Assembly (NCBI GenBank): GCA_013373445.1
Contig: JABXHV010000025.1
Span: forward strand, 16,126 to 80,125
Source of the DNA: Paracoccaceae bacterium
GTDB taxonomy: Bacteria; Pseudomonadota; Alphaproteobacteria; Rhizobiales; Stappiaceae
Reading direction: 5' to 3'
Length of the DNA stretch: 64,000 bases
Shown piece after piece: positions 50,644 through 59,503 of the stretch. Positions within the stretch are counted from its first letter, which is position 1. Each line of letters starts with the position of its first letter. The notes under the pieces were generated by a model. It saw only the letters and a program-made list of their open reading frames with translations. It searched no databases and had not been told where the DNA came from. Position numbers and translations under genes: made by a program.

Positions 50644-51449
50644 TGTACTTTACGTCCTCCCTGGAAGTGCAAAATATCTCTAAAAATGTTCTTGGATTGT
50701 GAAAAGTCTAACTCGTTAAGCGACGATACAACGATACCTGCACCATTTGTGCGAAGTGTCTCACCGTCACCTTTTCGATCAATGCCGATAATCAGTCCTG
50801 CGCCAGCGTCGCGCGCCGAAATCACCCCTGAAATCGCATCTTCAATCACGATACATTCTTCAGGAAGTTTGCCAAGCAGACGTGCTGCAAAGGTGTAGAA
50901 CTCGGGATCGGGTTTTGATTTTATTCCGTTCTCCTCTGCAACCTCACCATCAAGTATAGACGAAAAATATTCTGTCAAGCCCGTCCGTTCCAGGACCAAA
51001 CTTGCGTTCTTACTTGAGCTTGCAAGGCCAAGCAGCGCATTGTTTTGTTTGAGAGTATTAAGTGCAATTAATGCGTCTTCGAAAAGCTTGACGCCTTCGG
51101 TCTCTAGAAATTTTCTGAAGATCTGGTTCTTGTCGTTACCAATTCCGCAAATTGTATTGACGTTGCTGTCAGTAACTTCGCCAGTTGGCAGCTGGAGATT
51201 GCGAGAGCTTAAGAAATCTCGAATTCCTGCGGGTCGGCTCTTTCCATCGACATAGCGCAAATAGTCCTCTGTTTCGTTGAATGGAGGTGCGCTTGGATCA
51301 ATATTTGAAAGCACTTGGTCAAAAACGGCTTTCCAAGCTTTTGTATGGATAGAGGCTGTATCAGATATTACCCCGTCCATATCAAATAGAACTGCACAAG
51401 TCATTCCACGGCTCTCTGGTACTCTGTTGAGGGGAATATCGCTCTTCAA
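50640..51449 (-). CDS. Beta-phosphoglucomutase-family HAD enzyme
   Basis: FDMDGVISDTA..H..AWK, YVDGKSR, ASSSKNA, SKPDPE, IEDAISG; likely ATG at 51404; ATGA overlap with the downstream gene. Confidence 0.82.
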   Translation of the reverse strand: MKSDIPLNRVPESRGMTCAVLFDMDGVISDTASIHTKAWKAVFDQVLSNIDPSAPPFNETEDYLRYVDGKSRPAGIRDFLSSRNLQLPTGEVTDSNVNTICGIGNDKNQIFRKFLETEGVKLFEDALIALNTLKQNNALLGLASSSKNASLVLERTGLTEYFSSILDGEVAEENGIKSKPDPEFYTFAARLLGKLPEECIVIEDAISGVISARDAGAGLIIGIDRKGDGETLRTNGAGIVVSSLNELDFSQSKNIFRDILHFQGGRKVQ

Positions 51450-51464
51450 GAAATCTGAGTTCTG

Positions 51465-52130
51465 TCAGAACAAGATTTTGAAATTTACCTGACCTTTGTA
51501 ATCGAGATCCGAAAGAAAATTACGCCACCAGTTGGTATCGTGAATTGTGAGGTGTGTCTCGTCCCATGATTTTATCAAATCCTGGCCGCGTTTGTCCTCA
51601 CTTACCTGAATTTCGAAAAATATATTATCGGTTTTAGATACTCTCTTGATTTCATGCAGCGTTGCGCGCAACTGGTTCTCCGATAGATGCGGCAATGTTT
51701 CTTTAGAGTAGACAAAGTCGAAAGTATTATCGGGCCACGGCAGCTGCTCGCAAGAACCATTGACGATAAATTCTTTCACCTCTTCCATCGAATTTTCCAC
51801 CGCGTATGAAGATAGGTCTATGCCATTGACCTGGATACCACGCTTGTGAAACTCATAAAGTATGAAACCTTTAGCACAACCGATTTCTAACACCCGAGAA
51901 CTTGAGTTCAGCCTATAATGGCTGATCATTTTTTCAGCGCAAACACCATAACGACCATCATAACTATAGCCCCCATAGCCAACGCCGTATTCTGGGTTGT
52001 CCCAATAGTTAAAGCCGTAATTCTGAAAGTCTGCGCGTTGCTCTGGAGTAGGCGAGAATTCCTCAATCAAAGTTTCGCGTTCGCTAGCACGACGAGACTT
52101 TGAAAAACTGAAAAAATCGATTTCAATCAT
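51465..52130 (-). CDS. Class I SAM-dependent methyltransferase
   Basis: GYGGYSY, VLEIGCAKGF, GIDLS.YA, FDFVYS.ETLPHL. Confidence 0.85.
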   Translation of the reverse strand: MIEIDFFSFSKSRRASERETLIEEFSPTPEQRADFQNYGFNYWDNPEYGVGYGGYSYDGRYGVCAEKMISHYRLNSSSRVLEIGCAKGFILYEFHKRGIQVNGIDLSSYAVENSMEEVKEFIVNGSCEQLPWPDNTFDFVYSKETLPHLSENQLRATLHEIKRVSKTDNIFFEIQVSEDKRGQDLIKSWDETHLTIHDTNWWRNFLSDLDYKGQVNFKILF

Positions 52131-52171
52131 TGGTTGAAAATTCTCTCATTACTACAGGATGGCTACTTAGG

Positions 52172-53278
52172 TTATCGGTAAAAGGTCTTGATGTGTTGGC
52201 ATACGTAACGCACATCCTCAACTGTAATATGCTCGGCCATGGGGACACTTAAAATTCTTTTTACCATGTGCTTTGCGTTCGACAAGTCGCCATGAATTCT
52301 GCAACCGTTTTGGGCAGCTTTCAGCTCAGGAATAAGTTTAGGATAGTGAACTTTTACTTCAATACCGTGACCCGCAAGATATTCTATCAACTCATCTCGT
52401 CGCTCCACGAGGAGCATCACCCAGTTATAAGATGCGTTGTTTTCCTGCGAAATGAGCGGGAATTGTACTGTTCCCGCTAATTCTTCGCGGTAAATCTGCG
52501 CAAGTTGTCTTCGGCAATCTAGTTCCTCAGCATAGCGAGGGAGCATCGAGCTCAAGAATGCCGCGTGAAGCTCGTCGAGGCGCGAGTTGATTGACCAAAA
52601 ATCACAGTCATCGCGGCCTGCGTGACCGTGATTACGCGCTTGTCCTAACCATTGCCCATTATCTTGGTTGCTGACGAGAATCATTCCGCCATCGCCTAGG
52701 GTGCCAAGGTTTTTTAGCGGATGAAAGCTGAGCGTTCCAAAATCACCGAATGTGCCAGTCATCTTCCCGTTGCGTGTCGCACCCAAAGATTGCGCACAAT
52801 CTTCGATGAATACTAGCCCTCGCTTCGTTGCAATTTCCGCTATGCGCTCCGCTTGGGCAGGGACCCCGGCTAAATGAACGACTGAAATCGCACGAGTGCG
52901 ATCAGTAATGGCATCTTCGATCAAATCCGGATCCAGATTTAAGCTCGCATCCACATCAATAAAGACCGGTATCGCCCCTACCAACGCAATCGATGACGCG
53001 GTCGCCAGATAGGTCATCGGTGTCGTTATTACCTCATCACCAGGTTTGATGCCGGCTGCCTTCAGACTGAGTACAAGCGCATCTGTCCCGTTTGCAACCG
53101 CCACGGCATGTTTGGCGCCAGTGAAAGCTTTCACGCTTGTCTCGAATTGCTTTACTTCATTCCCAAGAATGAAGAAGCCGCTTGAAAGAACGCGATCTAG
53201 ATCATCATGGAGTTTTTCTGAAAAACGGGAATATTTCTTTTCAAGGTCAATAAACGTTACAGCTCGACTTGAAGTCAT
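52172..53278 (-). CDS. DegT/DnrJ/EryC1/StrS family PLP sugar aminotransferase
   Basis: VANGTDAL, IEDCAQS, SFHPLKNLGTLGDGG, NSRLDELHAA. Confidence 0.9.
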   Translation of the reverse strand: MTSSRAVTFIDLEKKYSRFSEKLHDDLDRVLSSGFFILGNEVKQFETSVKAFTGAKHAVAVANGTDALVLSLKAAGIKPGDEVITTPMTYLATASSIALVGAIPVFIDVDASLNLDPDLIEDAITDRTRAISVVHLAGVPAQAERIAEIATKRGLVFIEDCAQSLGATRNGKMTGTFGDFGTLSFHPLKNLGTLGDGGMILVSNQDNGQWLGQARNHGHAGRDDCDFWSINSRLDELHAAFLSSMLPRYAEELDCRRQLAQIYREELAGTVQFPLISQENNASYNWVMLLVERRDELIEYLAGHGIEVKVHYPKLIPELKAAQNGCRIHGDLSNAKHMVKRILSVPMAEHITVEDVRYVCQHIKTFYR

Positions 53279-54264
53279 GGTTTGTGCTCATAGCTTTGGG
53301 GCAGCAGGAGTAACTCTTCCAGATTGTTTTTGCACCATTCTGCACAGCGTTCTAGCCCCGCCTCCAGTGAGAGCTGAGGAGACCAGCCGAGCTCTGTCGA
53401 GATTTTGGTTGAGTCGAGAAGATAGGCTTGATCCTTACCGAGCCGATCTGGTGCGAGCTCTACAATTTCAGAGAATTGGGCGCCAGCAATCGCGCAGATC
53501 TTTTCGACGAGGGCTCTGATGGTCACCGAATCCTTGGGTGACATGTGGTAGTCTTCGCCACTCTGTCCATTTTCGCAAACACGCATTACACCGTCAGATA
53601 TGTCGTCGAAATGTACGAACGCGCGTTCGGACAATCCGCCGCCATGCAACGATAATTTTGTATTGGAAAAACAACACAGGAATGTTCGGGGTATGATCCG
53701 ATACAATTGCTGGCCTTCACCATAAACATTGGCAGCCCGGGTGATGACCGTTGGCAAATCGTAGGTCTCGCTCCATAGGACAGTACTCATGTCTCCAGCA
53801 GCGCGTGAGAGCGCATAGGGTGTGCTTGGATTGTAATTTCTATTCTCGACAATCCATCCATCTGTTGAACCGTATACCTCTGGCGTCGAAAAATGCACGT
53901 AGCGTTCAAGATAGTCAGCGTTTCGCAGGAGTTCGAGTAGGTTGGCCATTGCGACAACGTTGGTCTGCATCCAGTGGGATGGGTTCTCCCAACTTTGCGC
54001 GACCATTGCTTGTGAGGCGAAGTTAACGACATACGCAGGTCGATGCTTTCGCATTAGCTCGGCTAGGCGCTCTATGTCTCTATTAAGATCAATTTGTTCG
54101 AATATGGGAGTTTTTCTCGAGCCCCAGGCGTAAGGAAGAAAAACCTTTTCTTTTTCAGGAGATCTACTCGTCGCGATGACCTCATACCCTCTATCAAGAG
54201 CGTAGGCACAAAAATTCGCTGCTGATGGGGAATTGCTTCCAAGTACAATGATACTCTTCGTCAC
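53275..54264 (-). CDS. NDP-sugar 4,6-dehydratase-like SDR
   Basis: FASQAMVAQSW, HFSTPEVYGS, PSTPYALSRA, RAANVYG, LHGGG.SER, DRLGKDQAYLLDS; degenerate NAD motif GSNSPSA. Confidence 0.75.
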   Translation of the reverse strand: MTKSIIVLGSNSPSAANFCAYALDRGYEVIATSRSPEKEKVFLPYAWGSRKTPIFEQIDLNRDIERLAELMRKHRPAYVVNFASQAMVAQSWENPSHWMQTNVVAMANLLELLRNADYLERYVHFSTPEVYGSTDGWIVENRNYNPSTPYALSRAAGDMSTVLWSETYDLPTVITRAANVYGEGQQLYRIIPRTFLCCFSNTKLSLHGGGLSERAFVHFDDISDGVMRVCENGQSGEDYHMSPKDSVTIRALVEKICAIAGAQFSEIVELAPDRLGKDQAYLLDSTKISTELGWSPQLSLEAGLERCAEWCKNNLEELLLLPQSYEHKP

Positions 54265-54312
54265 GTGATAACCTCGTTGAGAGCTATGTTGGGTTTAATC
54301 CGAAAATGTATT

Positions 54313-55758
54313 CTATTTCGCGAAACCACGACGATACATATTTATCAACTCGGGATGAATGCCCCAGTCAACTGCACCAACAGAATCATGTAGTTCTTCC
54401 AGGTCGCGACGAATATATTCTCGGTATTGCCTGTCCATTCTGATGCCTGACGGCCGGTAGCCATGCTGATAGTGTTGGCTGATCAGGCTTTCCACTCCCA
54501 TCTCAATCGCATCTTCTCTTGCGATGTCTCTAATCGGTTCGCGCTCTGGGTTGAATATGCTCAATCTTGGGTCGACGTCCTCGCCGCACATGAGGGCAGC
54601 GATGTTTTGGGAGATCACGGGGGCCAGATGAAATCCGTCTCGTTTGGTGCCTGTTGTGACAAATAGATTGGCGATAGAGGTTCCGCCAAGCAGCGGGTAA
54701 ACGTCTTGCGACGTTGGTCGCCATCCAACATTGACGCGAACCAATTGCGCGTCCGCGAAGTTCGCATTGATCTCCTTGGTTGCGCTTTCAAGGAGGTGCG
54801 CAATGCTGATTACCCTGCCATGGTAAAATGGTTTGGGTGAAAGGAAGTTGCTTGCCCCGATCAAGACGTGATCATTTGCAAGTTGCGGGCCTTGGAAATA
54901 GGGAGCTGTATATACGCCGCAGGCGCCTCCTCGATTGGGTGTCCGAATGCACTTCGTCAAGCCAAATCCGGGAGACTTGATTTCGAGTGAAACACCTACA
55001 CCATAGAATATGGGCTGGATTTGTAGTCCAAGATCACTATCCGAAAGCAGTTCTTCAGACGGAGCGCCATTCGCGACCAAGAAGACATCACCCTCAATGC
55101 GCTCGTTCGTATCGAGCAGGACTGATGAAATTTTTCCATCAGTTTGCTCGAGTTTTGTAACCTTCGCATCTTTGACAGTGATTTGAGCGTGATTGGAAAG
55201 TATTGCATCTAGTTTTTCCAAAACAATACGCGGGTTCAACCAACCTTCATTATGAATAAGAATTGCTTTGTTTGCCCGGCTATCGGTACTCGGTGCATAG
55301 TTCGGAATCGACTGCGGTTCAACGAACTCATACTGTTCATTAAAATCCTCGCATGCCTGGACAATTGCAGCGAAGTTACGATCGTCTAGTTCATCTGCGA
55401 CAGTGTTATTCAGAATATAGGTACCTTTTTCAAAGCAGCCTCCTGAATGGATTTGGCACTTGGCGCATGCGCCCGGCAGGTTTTCACCTGCTGCATCAAT
55501 CAATTCCTTTTCAAACTCTGGCCATAGTCGAGTTGCGAGATGACTCAGCTCAAAATGGAAGATGTCAGCATCAGATTTAAAAGAATTTGAATGGATTTCT
55601 GCAAATGAATTTAGCATTGCAGCAGCAGCCAGCGTTGCAGACCCAACACGTTCATTGGGGCCGATCAGTATAATTGTATCGTTAGCGCTGATTTTGCTTA
55701 GGAGCCTAAACGCCGAGCTCATAGCGATGATACCGTTACCGATCACTACATACTGCAT
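54313..55758 (-). CDS. FAD-dependent oxidoreductase, DAO/glycine-oxidase (ThiO)-like
   Basis: VIGNGIIA FAD motif, SATLAAAAML, GWRPTSQD.YPLLG, TGTKRDGFHLAP. Confidence 0.75.
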   Translation of the reverse strand: MQYVVIGNGIIAMSSAFRLLSKISANDTIILIGPNERVGSATLAAAAMLNSFAEIHSNSFKSDADIFHFELSHLATRLWPEFEKELIDAAGENLPGACAKCQIHSGGCFEKGTYILNNTVADELDDRNFAAIVQACEDFNEQYEFVEPQSIPNYAPSTDSRANKAILIHNEGWLNPRIVLEKLDAILSNHAQITVKDAKVTKLEQTDGKISSVLLDTNERIEGDVFLVANGAPSEELLSDSDLGLQIQPIFYGVGVSLEIKSPGFGLTKCIRTPNRGGACGVYTAPYFQGPQLANDHVLIGASNFLSPKPFYHGRVISIAHLLESATKEINANFADAQLVRVNVGWRPTSQDVYPLLGGTSIANLFVTTGTKRDGFHLAPVISQNIAALMCGEDVDPRLSIFNPEREPIRDIAREDAIEMGVESLISQHYQHGYRPSGIRMDRQYREYIRRDLEELHDSVGAVDWGIHPELINMYRRGFAK

Positions 55759-55883
55759 GATTTTTCACAAACTCCGCGAAGTCAAAGGGGTAAGGTTGAG
55801 CAATTTGTAAAGGTACATCAAGAACTTTGGAAAATGAGCACCCGCGGGGTAATTGTTATAGCAATAGTATCAGAATTCATAGC

Positions 55884-56700
55884 TGGGCGCCCTCAAAAAC
55901 CCAATAATTTGGGGTGAGACTTGACGGTGTAGCTGTGTGGCTGCAGTATAATTACCACTCCGGCCTGTTTGGAGAGCTATGTGGCATATTTGAGCTTCCA
56001 AAACGCGCGCTACTCCCATTTCGGGACGCAGTCATGCTGAGGCGCCCTGAAATTCTACTAGACTAGCAGGCACCCTCTTTAGCACTTAATTTGGAGCAAG
56101 GAGGCCATAGGGGCACGAGCAATTACAGTGAGGATTTTACGCTGGACGCGTTCGCGCAGCTTACCGAACGCGGCTGTTCTGTTTCGGAGGTTTCGAAGCG
56201 TCTGGGGGTTCGCGCACATTCTCTTTATACCTATTGGAAGAAGTGTTCCACGCTGAGCGAAACGGACAACACCGATCAAACTGCTTAGATCTGTCGCTTG
56301 ACAGCAGGACGCCACCCGCGTCCTCGAGGCGAGCCGCATCCGAAGATAGACGAGACGCAGTCGACTGCATAGTTCACCGGGATTCAACTTGAGGTATGCA
56401 TCTGTCGCCGAGGACGGGTTGCTATTTTCGGTACCGGCAATGTACCAATTCCATCCAAGCGGCCTGATCTCTGTCTCAAGGAGACGCTTAGCAGAGAGAG
56501 CGATAGCGGCTATCGAAATCAAGGGTTTCATTACAATCTGCTCGACCCGGCGTAGGCGGGCCGCCTAAATCGTGTGTAGGTATCGGTAAGCTGGCGTGAA
56601 CAAGGCCGAGATCGGCTACAAGCGCCGACTAAACAGCAATGGCGAAAGACTTTTATAGTTATCGACAACGCGTTGCACCGACAGGTTAATGAATTCTTCC
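55884..56700 (+). mobile_element. Degenerate IS3-family element(s), with two tandem left-end-like motifs
   Basis: TGGGCGCCCTC (55884) and TGAGGCGCCCTG (56038); orfA relic GTSNYSEDFTLDAFAQLTERGCSVSEVSKRLGVRAHSLY; orfB relic AEIGYKRR..IDNAL. Confidence 0.7.
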
Positions 56701-56734
56701 CCAAATCGGATCTGAGCAACTGGAATCAGCTACA

Positions 56735-56900
56735 CTAGGCTCTGTTGACAAAGTCGCATAATCAGAAGCGTGCTGCCGCGAGACTTAGAGGGGCCAATGG
56801 ATCTTTTGGTATTGTCGTACCTGGCGGCAATCTTTCTGAGTTGTTTGACGTCGTTGAACATTCACTCGATCCGGTTTCTTTCCTGGTAAAACTCTCTTTT
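56735..56900 (-). mobile_element. IS5-family right-end relic
   Basis: CTAG + GCTCTGTTGACAAAGT end; the minus strand translates RMFNDVKQLRKIAARYD (cf. IS5 RRIATRYDK). Confidence 0.65.
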
Positions 56901-57051
56901 TTGTATCGACATCGTGAACAGCCATTGAAATGAGAGTGCGCCAGCACTGTTGAAGCGCTGTGCAAAATTTCAACTTTGGGGACATCAAATAAACTTGGGC
57001 ACCCTTATGCCAGCTGCTGCTCTGTTCGGAAAACTGGGATCGCTTCACCCA

Positions 57052-57738
57052 TCAATAAGTTGCGCGTTTGCCACAACACAAGGCAAAACTGTAGTGAGCC
57101 ATTTTACTAAAGCCAGTGTGAACTACTTCATCATTTGCGGAAAACATAAATACATTCACAAAATATTGTTGCATAACCTTTCTAAATTCAGGTTGGGTCT
57201 TGCAGTTGACATGCGCTTTCCTAGGTCGTTCAGACGCGTAAACCTGAGATTCCAACGACGGCATACCAACAATGCAAGCACCGCCAGTTTTCAAACCTGC
57301 AATTGCGTTTGAAATGAATACGTGCTCATCGCTTTTTGAAATGTGTTCCAATACATCAAGAAAATACACTCCGTCGAATTCCCCTTCTACTGGAGCTTCC
57401 AACACGTCGTGTTCATAACATTTAACTGGCCAATTTTCATGCGAGGTTTCATTGGCAGAACTCACATATGCAGGGTCAAAGTCGACACCTGTTACGCTGT
57501 TGACAGCCTGTGCCACAACTCTCGCACCGAAGCCGTCGCCACACCCCACCTCCAAAACGTGGCCAAAGCCTTCGAACATTTTTGCTACGAATTTGTAACG
57601 CGACAGAACAAACAGGACGCGCCTCGGGTCATTTCGCCATTCGAAACCTGTTGCGACGCCAAAAACCTCTGGGCCGGTCGCCAGCATTTCTGCTGTAGTT
57701 ATGGCATTCTGAGGCTCACCTTTAGGTTTCGAACTCAC
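57052..57738 (-). CDS. Class I SAM-dependent methyltransferase
   Basis: LSRYKFVAKM, VLEVGCGDGFG, GVDFD, LDVLEHI; intact between IS relics. Confidence 0.85.
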   Translation of the reverse strand: MSSKPKGEPQNAITTAEMLATGPEVFGVATGFEWRNDPRRVLFVLSRYKFVAKMFEGFGHVLEVGCGDGFGARVVAQAVNSVTGVDFDPAYVSSANETSHENWPVKCYEHDVLEAPVEGEFDGVYFLDVLEHISKSDEHVFISNAIAGLKTGGACIVGMPSLESQVYASERPRKAHVNCKTQPEFRKVMQQYFVNVFMFSANDEVVHTGFSKMAHYSFALCCGKRATY

Positions 57739-57813
57739 CTCAAGTACTCCTTTTAGATTTCACAGGCTCGAATTTGTTTTACTTACACGATCAATATCAA
57801 AACAGATAGACCT

Positions 57814-58310
57814 CTAGGCCTTATTGACAAAGTTTCCCGACCAAATGCGTATGGCGGCCCAATTTATGAGCATGGCGAACGAGCTTTGACTTTGTCATGC
57901 CGGGTGGCGATCCTGCGGAACTTTTTGGCCATGTTGAACATGCGCTTGATCCAGTTTCTGTCTATTAAATTCGATGTCACACACTATGAGTCATTTGCGG
58001 CTTGGCTACTAGGGCATGATGAGACCGACCTCAGTCATTTGACCTGATTATGACCAATGACTGAGATATTGGCAGTCTTAGGTGAGACCTAGCTTAACGG
58101 CGTTCCCAGCAGTCGTTACGAAATGCTTTGCTTGCCGTCGACGAAACCTGACATGGACAGAATTTTATTTTCCATAGCGTTCTTGCATCTCTCGCCCGGA
58201 ACAACCGTCGCGCCAGACATGTCGTTCGAGTATCCCGATTGTAGATACCGAGCGAGACTTTCGTCCTCGCTCCGGAGGAAGCAGTGGCTGGATAAAGATC
58301 CCATGCCGCC
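57814..58310 (-). mobile_element. Internally deleted IS5-family element (relic)
   Basis: CTAG + GCCTTATTGACAAAGT end; C-terminal RNWIKRMFNMAKKFRRIATRHDK and N-terminal PLLPPERGRKSR..ERYGK (DUF4096-like) remnants. Confidence 0.75.
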
Positions 58311-58434
58311 TGCAACAATGCACCGAGTGTCAAACGTACTCCTAAAAGTCAGTTTTGGATCACAGCTATGTGATTTGGAATCCACATTATCACCAAAGTC
58401 TAGCTAAGGAAGGCTCATGAGGGATACACGTATT

Positions 58435-59379
58435 TTAAACTGCGACCTCTGTTGTCTGCATCCAGTTTAGGTTGTGGAAATGCGGCTCGTTTAGAAGTTG
58501 GCCAGCGCGATATGCAGCAGCAATTTCTTGAACAGCGTCTTCAATTGTTTTCGTTGGCTTGAAACCTGTCGCAAGCAATTTGTCGGAATTCACTCTGTAA
58601 GATCGTGGATCGTTTGATTCGGTTACAGCAATATCCGCGTTTGCGTACCGCCTTGCGAGTTCAGCAATTTGCATGATCGAGACGTTTTCAAATCCTGCGT
58701 TGTAAATCCCAGTAAACTCGGGGTGCTGTAGAAAGTGCAAATAGACGTTACATATATCTTCGATATGAATATTAGGGCGCATTTGCTGCCCGCCAAAAAC
58801 AGTAATTTTCTGGTTTGTTAGCGCTTGCATCGTTAGCATATTTACAGATACATCTAAGCGCATTCGAGGAGAAAGGCCACACACGGTCGCTGGTCGAACG
58901 ATTTGGACAACGAAGTCGCTAGCGTAGGACAATAATACACGTTCAGAGACCATTTTCGTCTTATTATAAGCAGAAATAGGCGTTAAGGGTAGATCTTCAG
59001 TTACTTGATCTTCATCTTTTAGGCCGTATACGCTGCCAGACGATGCATAAATGAACTGTGATACGTTCCCAGTTCTTTTTGCTTTGTCTGCCAATTGCAT
59101 CGTCGAAAGAGCGCTAACTTCCCAAGTCAAAGTCTGATTGAGGTCACCGCACGGGTCGTTTGCAATTGACGAAAGATGAATGATTGTATCGATATCGTTA
59201 AGATCAATCTCATCTACATTGCATACATCGCCAACTTGTTTGCTAAGGTTCTCATGTTCACCGAGAAAATCTCCAAACCAAAATGTATCGAGTACATGAA
59301 CATGGTGACCCAAGTTTAGAAGCTTTGGCACGAGAACGGAGCCCTTGTATCCCGCTCCACCAGTCACTAAAATCTTCAT
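58435..59379 (-). CDS. NAD-dependent epimerase/dehydrogenase SDR (paralogue of 38752..39690)
   Basis: GGAGYKGS, ASSGSVYG, YNKTK, RPATVCGLSPRMRLDVSVN, RPNIHIED, DPRSY. Confidence 0.85.
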   Translation of the reverse strand: MKILVTGGAGYKGSVLVPKLLNLGHHVHVLDTFWFGDFLGEHENLSKQVGDVCNVDEIDLNDIDTIIHLSSIANDPCGDLNQTLTWEVSALSTMQLADKAKRTGNVSQFIYASSGSVYGLKDEDQVTEDLPLTPISAYNKTKMVSERVLLSYASDFVVQIVRPATVCGLSPRMRLDVSVNMLTMQALTNQKITVFGGQQMRPNIHIEDICNVYLHFLQHPEFTGIYNAGFENVSIMQIAELARRYANADIAVTESNDPRSYRVNSDKLLATGFKPTKTIEDAVQEIAAAYRAGQLLNEPHFHNLNWMQTTEVAV

Positions 59380-59503
59380 ATATCCAATCCATCGTCAAAA
59401 TTTGGCTTCATCAAGAGACAATACCGAGGCGTCACAAATTTCTTAGCCTATGCAGTATCTTGAGCACACTATACTATGTTTCAATCAAGAATGTATTTCT
59501 AGG

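Noticed and set aside
44750-55758. Nitro-sugar (kijanose/evernitrose-like) or lincosamide-type antibiotic cluster
   Set aside because: The flavoprotein is DAO-like, not an acyl-CoA-dehydrogenase-like nitrososynthase. There is no 2,3-dehydratase, transaldolase, NRPS/PKS or resistance gene, and multiple GTs point to a surface glycan.
55921-55952. Sigma70-like promoter TTGACG...TATAAT
   Set aside because: The spacer is 20 bp, too long, and the site lies inside an IS3-like relic pointing away from intact genes.
58030-58065. 10-bp hairpin CTCAGTCATT/AATGACTGAG
   Set aside because: It lies inside IS5 debris and cannot be tied to a gene or a defined IS end.
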